Shown in pieces: positions 42,543 through 50,177 of a stretch of 64,000 bases of DNA (position 1 is its first letter; each line of letters opens with the position of its first letter). The position numbers were made by a program, and so were the translations under genes. This stretch comes from an uncultured Planctomycetia bacterium. Its GTDB lineage: Bacteria > Omnitrophota > Gorgyraeia > Gorgyraeales > Gorgyraeaceae. The notes beneath the pieces were generated by a model, which saw only the letters and a program-made list of their open reading frames with translations, was not told where the DNA came from and ran no database searches. Where the stretch lies: the NCBI GenBank assembly GCA_964652265.1, contig CAZZAL010000004.1, positions 590 through 64,589 on the forward strand, in the 5' to 3' direction.

Positions 42543-43577
42543 TTAAGTTAACTTGTCTTTTGCTAATCGCGCTACCCTGGTAAGCTTGGCTATTATATCC
42601 TGCGTCAAATCCTCAGAAAGGGTGCCCATCCCGCAGCTTGGCGTGAGTAAAGAATTAGATATCAATAACTTTCGGGGAACTCCTTTTTTCTCCAGACCTT
42701 CAATCTCATCTTTTAATCTAGTAAAAAGTGAACCTTCATCCTCTTTCAACACTGATTTAGAAGTCGGGACAATGCCCCATGCCAGAGCACCGCCTTTCTT
42801 CAAGAATTCCTTTATGTTTTCCGGGTACAGCGAGAAGCCACCGGCATATGAATACGCATCAAAATTGATAATATCGACTTCTGTCTCGGTAAATAACGAC
42901 CAGTCTGTATTTCCGCAACAATGAATACCCGCCAATGCACCCTTCGCATGTATCTTATCTATGAGGGCATTTAAAGCCAGTATTACGTCTTGCCTCTGGA
43001 TATTTACAAAGCTGGAACCAAAACTCGTAAGGTATGGCTCGTCTATAAATATAATGACCTTTCTAGAAACCTCTTTTAGTCTATCGATCTGCCATGCAGC
43101 CTTTATCTCCAGAAGTTTAAGGAAGGCCTCCTTAAGGGTCTCATTATATATTATAGACTTCCCTTTCTCGTCGACGACACTAAGTCCGAAACTCACAGGG
43201 CCCGTGAGATGGCCTTTTGCGTAATCCAGGTCTAATTTTTTTGCTGCGTCCAAAAAAACGTAAAAACCCTCTGCAAAATCTTTCCTTAATGAAAAGGTAT
43301 TATAATCTTCTGAAAGATACACCTCGTATAGCCTGCCCAGCCCCTCGCTCAAATCCCTTCCGGTATCCACATGTACTTTTCTATTTTTCTCGTCGATAAT
43401 AAGCGCAGGTAGCCCCTCGGCATACTGGACATACATGTTTTCCTTAAAACTCCTTTTGGGAAGCTGTGGCCAGAATGGTATGTCAAACGCATCGCATATA
43501 GCCTTAACGCCTCTTGCTGCATCAAGATACGGTAAACTTCCTATCCCGGTTGTAAGAAATTTCTCCTTGATCTTCAT
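42543..43577 (-). CDS. short cobalamin-independent methionine-synthase-like protein (MetE C-terminal/core type)
   Basis: 344 aa. Zn-ligand pattern GIHCCGN ... E ... LLTPSCGMG, as in Meth_synt_2 domains. Confidence 0.6.
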   Translation of the reverse strand: MKIKEKFLTTGIGSLPYLDAARGVKAICDAFDIPFWPQLPKRSFKENMYVQYAEGLPALIIDEKNRKVHVDTGRDLSEGLGRLYEVYLSEDYNTFSLRKDFAEGFYVFLDAAKKLDLDYAKGHLTGPVSFGLSVVDEKGKSIIYNETLKEAFLKLLEIKAAWQIDRLKEVSRKVIIFIDEPYLTSFGSSFVNIQRQDVILALNALIDKIHAKGALAGIHCCGNTDWSLFTETEVDIINFDAYSYAGGFSLYPENIKEFLKKGGALAWGIVPTSKSVLKEDEGSLFTRLKDEIEGLEKKGVPRKLLISNSLLTPSCGMGTLSEDLTQDIIAKLTRVARLAKDKLT

Positions 43578-43619
43578 AATGTCCTATTTTAACATTTTAA
43601 GAAATTCCGGTCAATCACA

Positions 43620-43868
43620 TTACTTTAACCGCAGATCCTTACCCAGTTCCTTTATGATATAGGAACGCGTCAAGCGACCCTGGGTATTATATCTGTAAAG
43701 CATCGCCCTTTGTCTATCCAGAAAATATATGACATTGCTTTCCCCTGAAAAAGCAATGCTGGACGGTATCAGAGGTCCTCCTACTGCCTTCTTTGAACTT
43801 GCAGAAAATAAAATCCAGGCGCAGAGAAAACCTATTACAAAAATCAGAATCCTGCTCCCCTTAACCAT
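43620..43868 (-). CDS. small membrane-anchored hypothetical protein
   Basis: 82 aa with an N-terminal TM/signal segment. It overlaps the end of bioD by 25 nt. Confidence 0.4.
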   Translation of the reverse strand: MVKGSRILIFVIGFLCAWILFSASSKKAVGGPLIPSSIAFSGESNVIYFLDRQRAMLYRYNTQGRLTRSYIIKELGKDLRLK

Positions 43869-44515
43869 CGTATCCTCCTTTTGTTTCTTCTTCTGTTATA
43901 ATGCATGATTCCCAGGACCCTTATCCTTGATAGCCTTTCTATCGTTTCAGGGTTTGTTTTTACTGAAGCGTCTTTTTTTACGCGAGATGTATGATTAAAA
44001 ATAATCCCTTTTATTTTTACGCCTCGGGTCTTGAGTGCCTTTACGGTCATAAGAGTATGGTTTATAGTACCAAGATCTGGCCTCGAAACTATAATAACCG
44101 GGAGATGCATCTTTAAAATCATATCAAATACATAAAACACCTTCTTACCTTTTTTATAGAGCGGTACCATTACGCCGCCAATACCCTCTACTATAATCAT
44201 GTCACTATTTTTCTTTAATCTTTTGAATCTGCGCCAGATAATCCCTGTATCAAATCTTTTGTTCTCCAAGGCGCTTGCTACCAATGGCGCAAGCGGAGAC
44301 CTAAAAGATACGGGATTAATGCAATCTATTGAAGCATTTGATCTAGAGAACCTCCTTAAAATCTGAGCATCCTTGCAAAATGTCTTAAAACCAGTTGCAA
44401 CAGGTTTCATTACGCTAACCTTAAGACCTTTTTGCGAAAATCTCTTTGCAAGATACGCTGCTACTTCGGTCTTCCCGACACCGGTATCAGTCCCTGTTAC
44501 AAAAAAACCTTTCAT
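43844..44515 (-). CDS. bioD: dethiobiotin synthase
   Basis: FFVTGTDTGVGKT P-loop, with size and operon context matching BioD. Confidence 0.85.
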   Translation of the reverse strand: MKGFFVTGTDTGVGKTEVAAYLAKRFSQKGLKVSVMKPVATGFKTFCKDAQILRRFSRSNASIDCINPVSFRSPLAPLVASALENKRFDTGIIWRRFKRLKKNSDMIIVEGIGGVMVPLYKKGKKVFYVFDMILKMHLPVIIVSRPDLGTINHTLMTVKALKTRGVKIKGIIFNHTSRVKKDASVKTNPETIERLSRIRVLGIMHYNRRRNKRRIRWLRGAGF

Positions 44516-45674
44516 TCTTTAATCTCCTGAATACCTCTACTGCATCATCTATATGTCTTTCTGTATGCGTTGTCATTAAAGATGTCCTTATCCTGCACTT
44601 TGCCTTTGGTACTGTTGGAGGCCTTATGCCTGGCGCAAAGATACCATTTTTAAACAAAAATTCTGAGGCCTTCATTGTCGTAGGCGCATCTTTAATGTAA
44701 ATCGGGACTATCTGTGTCTCTGAACCCATTATATTAAAATCTAATTCCTGCAGCGCGCTACGAAACTTTCTAATATTGACCCAGAGCCTCTTTCTCAATC
44801 CAGGATCTTTCTCAACTATATCTATGGCCTTTATAGAGCCACCTAGTATTGCAGGTGGAAGCGCAGTGGAATAAATAAAAGACCTGGCTTTATTGCGTAT
44901 GTAATCTACGAGAAGCCTGGAACCAGCTATAAATCCGCCAAGATTCCCTATCGCCTTGCTAAGTGTGCCCATCTGGATATGCACACCTTTTTTTATTCCA
45001 TAATGTTCGCATGTCCCTCTTCCGGTCTTACCCAAGACACCTGTCGCATGCGCGTCATCCAGCATCAAGATAGCGTCGAATCTCTCTGCGAGTTCGATGA
45101 GTTCAGGAAGAAAAGCTATGTCGCCATCCATACTAAAGATCCCGTCACTAATAATAATTTTCCTTCTATACGAGGTAGCTTTTTTCAGAATATCCTTTAA
45201 TCTTCCCATATTCTTATGAGGATATACTCTCATGGTTGCGCCGCTTAAACGCGCACCATCTATGATGCTGGCATGATTCAATTTATCACAAGCTATAAGG
45301 TCTTTTTCGCTTGAAACAGCACTTATGGTCCCAACATTTGCCATGTAACCCGTAGGAAATACAATAGCCCCCTCAGTTCCCTTAAAAGCAGCTATCCTCT
45401 CTTCGAGTTTTTCATGCAGACTCATGTTTCCAGAAACTAGTCGCGATGCACAAGCTCCTGCGCCAAACTCCTCTAGAGCCTGTGCCTGTGCCTTGATTAC
45501 TTCTGGATGAAAGGCTAATCCCAGATAATTATTAGAGGAAAGTAAAGTTACCTTTTTCCCGTCGATGATTACTTCAGGACCTTGGATAGTGTCTATACGC
45601 TTCGTCTGCCTATAAAGCCCCGAGGTCTTAAACTCTTCGAGTTCTTGTTGCAAGAGATAATCAAAATCAAACAT
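44487..45674 (-). CDS. bioF: 8-amino-7-oxononanoate synthase
   Basis: Class-II aminotransferase with DDAHATGVLG and GTLSKAIG (PLP lysine). Lies in the bio operon. Confidence 0.8.
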   Translation of the reverse strand: MFDFDYLLQQELEEFKTSGLYRQTKRIDTIQGPEVIIDGKKVTLLSSNNYLGLAFHPEVIKAQAQALEEFGAGACASRLVSGNMSLHEKLEERIAAFKGTEGAIVFPTGYMANVGTISAVSSEKDLIACDKLNHASIIDGARLSGATMRVYPHKNMGRLKDILKKATSYRRKIIISDGIFSMDGDIAFLPELIELAERFDAILMLDDAHATGVLGKTGRGTCEHYGIKKGVHIQMGTLSKAIGNLGGFIAGSRLLVDYIRNKARSFIYSTALPPAILGGSIKAIDIVEKDPGLRKRLWVNIRKFRSALQELDFNIMGSETQIVPIYIKDAPTTMKASEFLFKNGIFAPGIRPPTVPKAKCRIRTSLMTTHTERHIDDAVEVFRRLKNERFFCNRD

Positions 45675-45703
45675 AAAGGAAGTTATCTAGTGACTCAGAT
45701 AAC

Positions 45704-46651
45704 TTATTTCAGTATCATTGGCATGAATTCTGTAGAACCAAACATGCCGTATATCTTATGCTTTTTAAGCCAGGTGGCGCGCTTCAGGTATCCGAGTGCA
45801 GGTCCAATGACATTGGCTGCCATTGAAGTCTCGTCTCCAAGTATAAACCTATGACTTGAACGCTTGCCCTCAAATGTAGTGCCTGTAAGTGTCATTGTAG
45901 TAGAGACAGGTTTTTTTGCATGCCTCGTATCCATCACGCCTCCCACTGAAACCATTTTTAAAGAATCTACGACCCCTGCCCTTTTAAGCAGGATATCATC
46001 TGCATGTTCCATATCGTGCAATTCGAGTTTCCCATCTGTCCTATCCAAGTATCTCTCGACATCCCTGTCTGACATCCTCTTTGCCCTATTGACTGTATAG
46101 CCAGGCAGATGAGCGATATCTTCTCTGATCGTAGCCTTATATGCATCCCAGTTGGAAATACCGACTCCCCACCGGATGTTTACATCCTCGACCTTTGTAA
46201 ATGACTGGGCTGCCAAGACTGCTGCAGCTGAAAGAAGCCCAGGGGTCGCACCGCAGCCAGCTATATAAACACTCTTGTTTCTTTTTAATCCAGAGTCTAA
46301 TTTCATCATCAGTTTAATAGCACTAGTGCGCTTCAAGGCGCATGTAAAAATCCCATTATACCTCGCTTTCATAAAGCGCTTTACCACGCTGGGTATAAAT
46401 TCATTGGGTAGATTAGGAAGTGCCACAAAAATCCCGTCAAATCTATTCTTTAATTTTATAATCTCTCCTATAGAATCTTTGGAAGGGCACAACCTCATTA
46501 AATCCCCAACACCTATTCCCTTTTCAGAATATAAAAAACCGTGAGAATCGCAAATCCCGACAACTTTTGCCTCGTTTTTCTTTGCTACTACATCCAGGCA
46601 CGCCTTCCCTAATCCTCCTGCCCCTAAAACCGCTATCCTGAGCTTTTTCAT
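45704..46651 (-). CDS. NAD(P)-binding dehydrogenase-like protein (DAP-dehydrogenase/saccharopine-dehydrogenase-like); candidate BioU
   Basis: 315 aa. Rossmann-type N-terminus KLRIAVLGAGGLGKA. It sits between bioB and bioF in an operon that lacks bioA. Confidence 0.4.
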   Translation of the reverse strand: MKKLRIAVLGAGGLGKACLDVVAKKNEAKVVGICDSHGFLYSEKGIGVGDLMRLCPSKDSIGEIIKLKNRFDGIFVALPNLPNEFIPSVVKRFMKARYNGIFTCALKRTSAIKLMMKLDSGLKRNKSVYIAGCGATPGLLSAAAVLAAQSFTKVEDVNIRWGVGISNWDAYKATIREDIAHLPGYTVNRAKRMSDRDVERYLDRTDGKLELHDMEHADDILLKRAGVVDSLKMVSVGGVMDTRHAKKPVSTTMTLTGTTFEGKRSSHRFILGDETSMAANVIGPALGYLKRATWLKKHKIYGMFGSTEFMPMILK

Positions 46652-46664
46652 GTTGCCTCCTTTT

Positions 46665-47627
46665 TTATACTTTAAACCCCAAATCCTTTATCATCTGCAA
46701 ATCCTCTTCTACGGATCTGCCTTTTGTAGTAAGATACCCTCCTATTATCATGCCGTTCGCGCCTGAGGCAAATGCCATTGCCTGCAAGTCACGCAAACCC
46801 TTCTCTCTGCCACCTGCGATCTTTATTGTTGCCCTAGGTAAGACTAATCTGCAAACCGCAATAGTCTTTATTGTCTCTAGCGGCGAAATAGTCTCCATGT
46901 TCTCAAGGGGAGTCCCTTTTCTAGGATCGAGTATATTTATCGGCACACAGCTGATATTTAATCTTTTTAGAGTAAACATAAGCTCTATCCTATCCTCTGG
47001 CGACTCGCCCATACCTATGATTCCGCCACAGCAAGGCTCCAGGCCAACATCCTTTAACATACCCAGCATACTTAATCTGTTTTTATAAGGATGTGTCGTG
47101 CAAATATTTTTATAATAATCCCCTGAAGTCTCCAAATTATGGTTATACCTATCGATGCCCAGCGCCTTTAAATCCCTTACCATTCCTATCTCAAGTACAC
47201 CTAGGGAACAATCCACCTTTATGCCGACTTCTTCATTTATTCTTTCTATTGCATTTTTTATCTTCTTAAATTCTTCTCTCGTTGGCCCCTCACCACTAGT
47301 AACAATACAAAAGTGACCAGCGCCTATTCTTTTTGCCTCTTTGGCGGACTTGAGGATCTTTCCGACGCTGATCAAGGGGTAAACCTTACAACCAGCCTTA
47401 TGCCTCGATGACTGGGCACAAAATTTACAATCCTCCGAACACAAGCCGCTCTTTGCGTTTACTAAAGAACATAGATCCATCTTATCACCGCAAAATCTTC
47501 GCCGTAGGGTATCAGAAGCATGCATAAGAAAAGACAATTCATCTCTTCCCACAGCCAATAAGGTCCTTGCATCTTTAAGCTCTAGTTCTTGACCGGCGAG
47601 CACTCTATCTAGAATAGGTATAATCAT
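46665..47627 (-). CDS. bioB: biotin synthase (radical SAM)
   Basis: CSEDCKFCAQS radical-SAM motif and YNHNLETS. The track start at 47663 is the TTG of a TTGACA hexamer, so I prefer the ATG at 47627. Confidence 0.85.
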   Translation of the reverse strand: MIIPILDRVLAGQELELKDARTLLAVGRDELSFLMHASDTLRRRFCGDKMDLCSLVNAKSGLCSEDCKFCAQSSRHKAGCKVYPLISVGKILKSAKEAKRIGAGHFCIVTSGEGPTREEFKKIKNAIERINEEVGIKVDCSLGVLEIGMVRDLKALGIDRYNHNLETSGDYYKNICTTHPYKNRLSMLGMLKDVGLEPCCGGIIGMGESPEDRIELMFTLKRLNISCVPINILDPRKGTPLENMETISPLETIKTIAVCRLVLPRATIKIAGGREKGLRDLQAMAFASGANGMIIGGYLTTKGRSVEEDLQMIKDLGFKV

Positions 47628-47676
47628 ACAGTAATAGTTTAACCTGTATTTTTGAATTGTCAACGGAAGTATATAG

Positions 47677-48678
47677 CTAGGTTAACAAACGGCAGGAAGA
47701 ACGTTTTATTAATTCACATTGAAGTTGTGTCTTTTTATTGCCTTTGGACTTTTTAGTTATAATCTTCTGCAATGTCTCTGTCGCAACCATCGCCATCTCA
47801 TGCAAAGGCTGCCTTATAGTAGTAACAGAAACGGGTGAAAAACTAAGAGCCAATGGATTATCATCAAATCCTATGACAGACAGATCGCCAGGAACATTAA
47901 CTCCGCTTTCAATCGCGACTTGTATCGCACCTACAGCCATCTCGTCGCTCGCAGCAAAAATAGCCGTAGGTGGTGTCTTTAATTTTATAAGCTCTTTTGT
48001 AGCCTTGATAGCAGAATCCCTTCCAAAATCCCCATATTTTACATAATTATCCTTTTTTTCTATCTTATTTTTATCAAGTGCCTCCACAAATCCATCCATC
48101 CTGTCTATGGCAACCTGTGATCTTAATTCTCCGGTTATAGTAGCGATTTTAGTATGCCCGAGCTTAACAAGATATTCTACTGCCTTCATGGCTCCTCCGA
48201 TATTATTTATGGCTACGCACGAAACAGGAAGATCCTTTGTAAGATAATTCATAATAACACACGGAATATCCATCTGCAGCACATTGTCCACTTGATCTTC
48301 GTTCTCTATGATATCAGAGAATATCACGCCCTCGACAGCTGACGTATTCAAAAAGGTACCTCCGTTTGTAATATGCAGAAGTAGATCCAGCCTCATCCTT
48401 TCCACTGCAAGGCCAACACCCTGAAGAATCTGAAGCGCGTAAAACGAATGAAATATATCGGCGTATCTAGGAATCACAAGGCCGATAGCATTATTTTGTT
48501 TTGCTGCAAGTCTTTGCGCACTCACATTAGGCCTGAACTTCAGCTTCTTAATCGCGGCCTCAACCCTTGCCTTATTCTCCCTCTTGACAGTAGACAATCT
48601 ATTTACAACCCTAGAAACAGTCGCTATGGAAACTCCTGCTTCTCTTGCCACGTCTTTGATATTGATAATTTTACTCAT
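47677..48678 (-). CDS. LacI-family transcriptional regulator
   Basis: N-terminal HTH IKDVAREAGVSIATVSRVVN plus a periplasmic-binding-protein-like core. ATGA overlap with the upstream secretin gene. Confidence 0.85.
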   Translation of the reverse strand: MSKIINIKDVAREAGVSIATVSRVVNRLSTVKRENKARVEAAIKKLKFRPNVSAQRLAAKQNNAIGLVIPRYADIFHSFYALQILQGVGLAVERMRLDLLLHITNGGTFLNTSAVEGVIFSDIIENEDQVDNVLQMDIPCVIMNYLTKDLPVSCVAINNIGGAMKAVEYLVKLGHTKIATITGELRSQVAIDRMDGFVEALDKNKIEKKDNYVKYGDFGRDSAIKATKELIKLKTPPTAIFAASDEMAVGAIQVAIESGVNVPGDLSVIGFDDNPLALSFSPVSVTTIRQPLHEMAMVATETLQKIITKKSKGNKKTQLQCELIKRSSCRLLT

Positions 48679-50177
48679 TGCAGTTTCTCCCCGGTCCGGC
48701 TCAAGACAGTAGCAGTCACAAATATCAGAAGATTTTTCCTCTCCACGCTGTCTGAGTCTTTCCTGAATAGAGGGCCGAATAAAGGTAGGTCCCCTAAAAA
48801 AGGTGTCTTTGTCTCTACCTTAGTTCTGGTTTCCTTTATCAATCCGCCAAGTACTACTGTATCTCCGTTCTTTACTACTATATTCGTGGTCAAATTCCTT
48901 GTCGTAAATTTAGGGAGCTTAACCTCTCCGCTGTATTGAAATGCATTAGCTGTTGCCTCGCTCACTTCAGGCTTTAGCGTCAATGTTATCATTTCCTTAT
49001 TTCTGCCCACGTTCGGTGTCACCTGAAGTAATATCCCTATGTCCCTTGTCTCAAAACCCTGCGGCACATTCACAAACCTTGTTTCTTTCACGCCATTCAC
49101 TGTATCAAGAAAATCTCCGTCATTATTCAAATCTTCTTTTATCAAAGTAGGTTCATATCTCGACGGATACACATATTCGTTCGCTATCTCTATAGTCGCT
49201 GTGTGGTTATTCAGCGTCGTGATCTTCGGGGAAGAAAGGGTCTTGAGATTTGTTTTTCTCTCCATAGCATGCAAGACCACTGAAAACTGCGGTTTAGTCA
49301 GCATGCCCTGATATGTAAGATTAAGACCTTCGTTCGGAGCTCCCGTAAATGCCATAAAGTTCGAACCACTACCGCTAGATATCTGATTCACTGACTGACC
49401 ATCATCCTTATAAATCGCAAAAGGGCTGTCTAAAGAAAGATTCATACCTAATTCGCTCAGATCTGTTACGTTTACCTCTATAAATCTGGTCTCTATGAGA
49501 ATCTGGGTTGTGTCTATGTCCAGATTGTAAAGTATGTCTTCTATGATCCTTAGATTCGACGGGCTATTTGTAATTATCAGTGCCCCTGTGCGCCCATCCA
49601 GATTGATCTTGGCATCGCTGGGCCACCGCACTGCATCCTCCAGGACATCCTTTATGGTATTGATCTTTGATATACCGGCTGCTCCCCCAAATCCTTCTCC
49701 TGTAGAACTGGCCGTCTTTCCGCTAAACTCTGTAAACATCGCCAGGCCCTGATTTAAATAATAAATCCTGGTCTCCAGATCTTCTTCTTCCATGGCATCC
49801 ATAGTATCCACCCATACCGCATTCTTTTCAATCCTGTATACAAGACCCTGATTTCTAAATATATATTTTAACAGGCTTTCCAGAGTCATATCCTTTACTC
49901 TAATAGTAACCTTTTTGTCTTCGGACTTAACAGTGCTCCCTGTAATTATATTCACTCCTGTCGCATCTGAAAGAAAATCCAGCACATAGTCAAGATTTAC
50001 ATCTCTGAAATCCACTGTTATGGGCGTCTTTAACTTCTCCCGGATCTGGGGGACCTCAACTATAGAATATTTATCTGTGCCCTCGCTACCATTTAAGGAC
50101 TTCACTTCGTAGGCATACGAAGACCCTGTGGAAAAAAGAAAAAAACCAAATAAAATTATACCCACATGCTTTATCAT
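48675..50177 (-). CDS. secretin (PilQ/GspD family), 500 aa
   Basis: Signal peptide, N-terminal STN-like domain (VDFRDVNLDYVLDFLSDATGVNII), and C-terminal secretin motif TPFLGDLPLFGPLFRKDSDSVERKNLLIFVTATVL. Confidence 0.85.
   Translation of the reverse strand: MIKHVGIILFGFFLFSTGSSYAYEVKSLNGSEGTDKYSIVEVPQIREKLKTPITVDFRDVNLDYVLDFLSDATGVNIITGSTVKSEDKKVTIRVKDMTLESLLKYIFRNQGLVYRIEKNAVWVDTMDAMEEEDLETRIYYLNQGLAMFTEFSGKTASSTGEGFGGAAGISKINTIKDVLEDAVRWPSDAKINLDGRTGALIITNSPSNLRIIEDILYNLDIDTTQILIETRFIEVNVTDLSELGMNLSLDSPFAIYKDDGQSVNQISSGSGSNFMAFTGAPNEGLNLTYQGMLTKPQFSVVLHAMERKTNLKTLSSPKITTLNNHTATIEIANEYVYPSRYEPTLIKEDLNNDGDFLDTVNGVKETRFVNVPQGFETRDIGILLQVTPNVGRNKEMITLTLKPEVSEATANAFQYSGEVKLPKFTTRNLTTNIVVKNGDTVVLGGLIKETRTKVETKTPFLGDLPLFGPLFRKDSDSVERKNLLIFVTATVLSRTGEKLQ

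Noticed and set aside
47637-47687. GTTTAACC ... GGTTAACA half-sites upstream of bioB, considered as a BirA (bioO) operator
   Set aside because: The half-sites are ~35 nt apart, whereas known bioO sites have ~14-16 nt spacing, and they match imperfectly. The evidence is insufficient.
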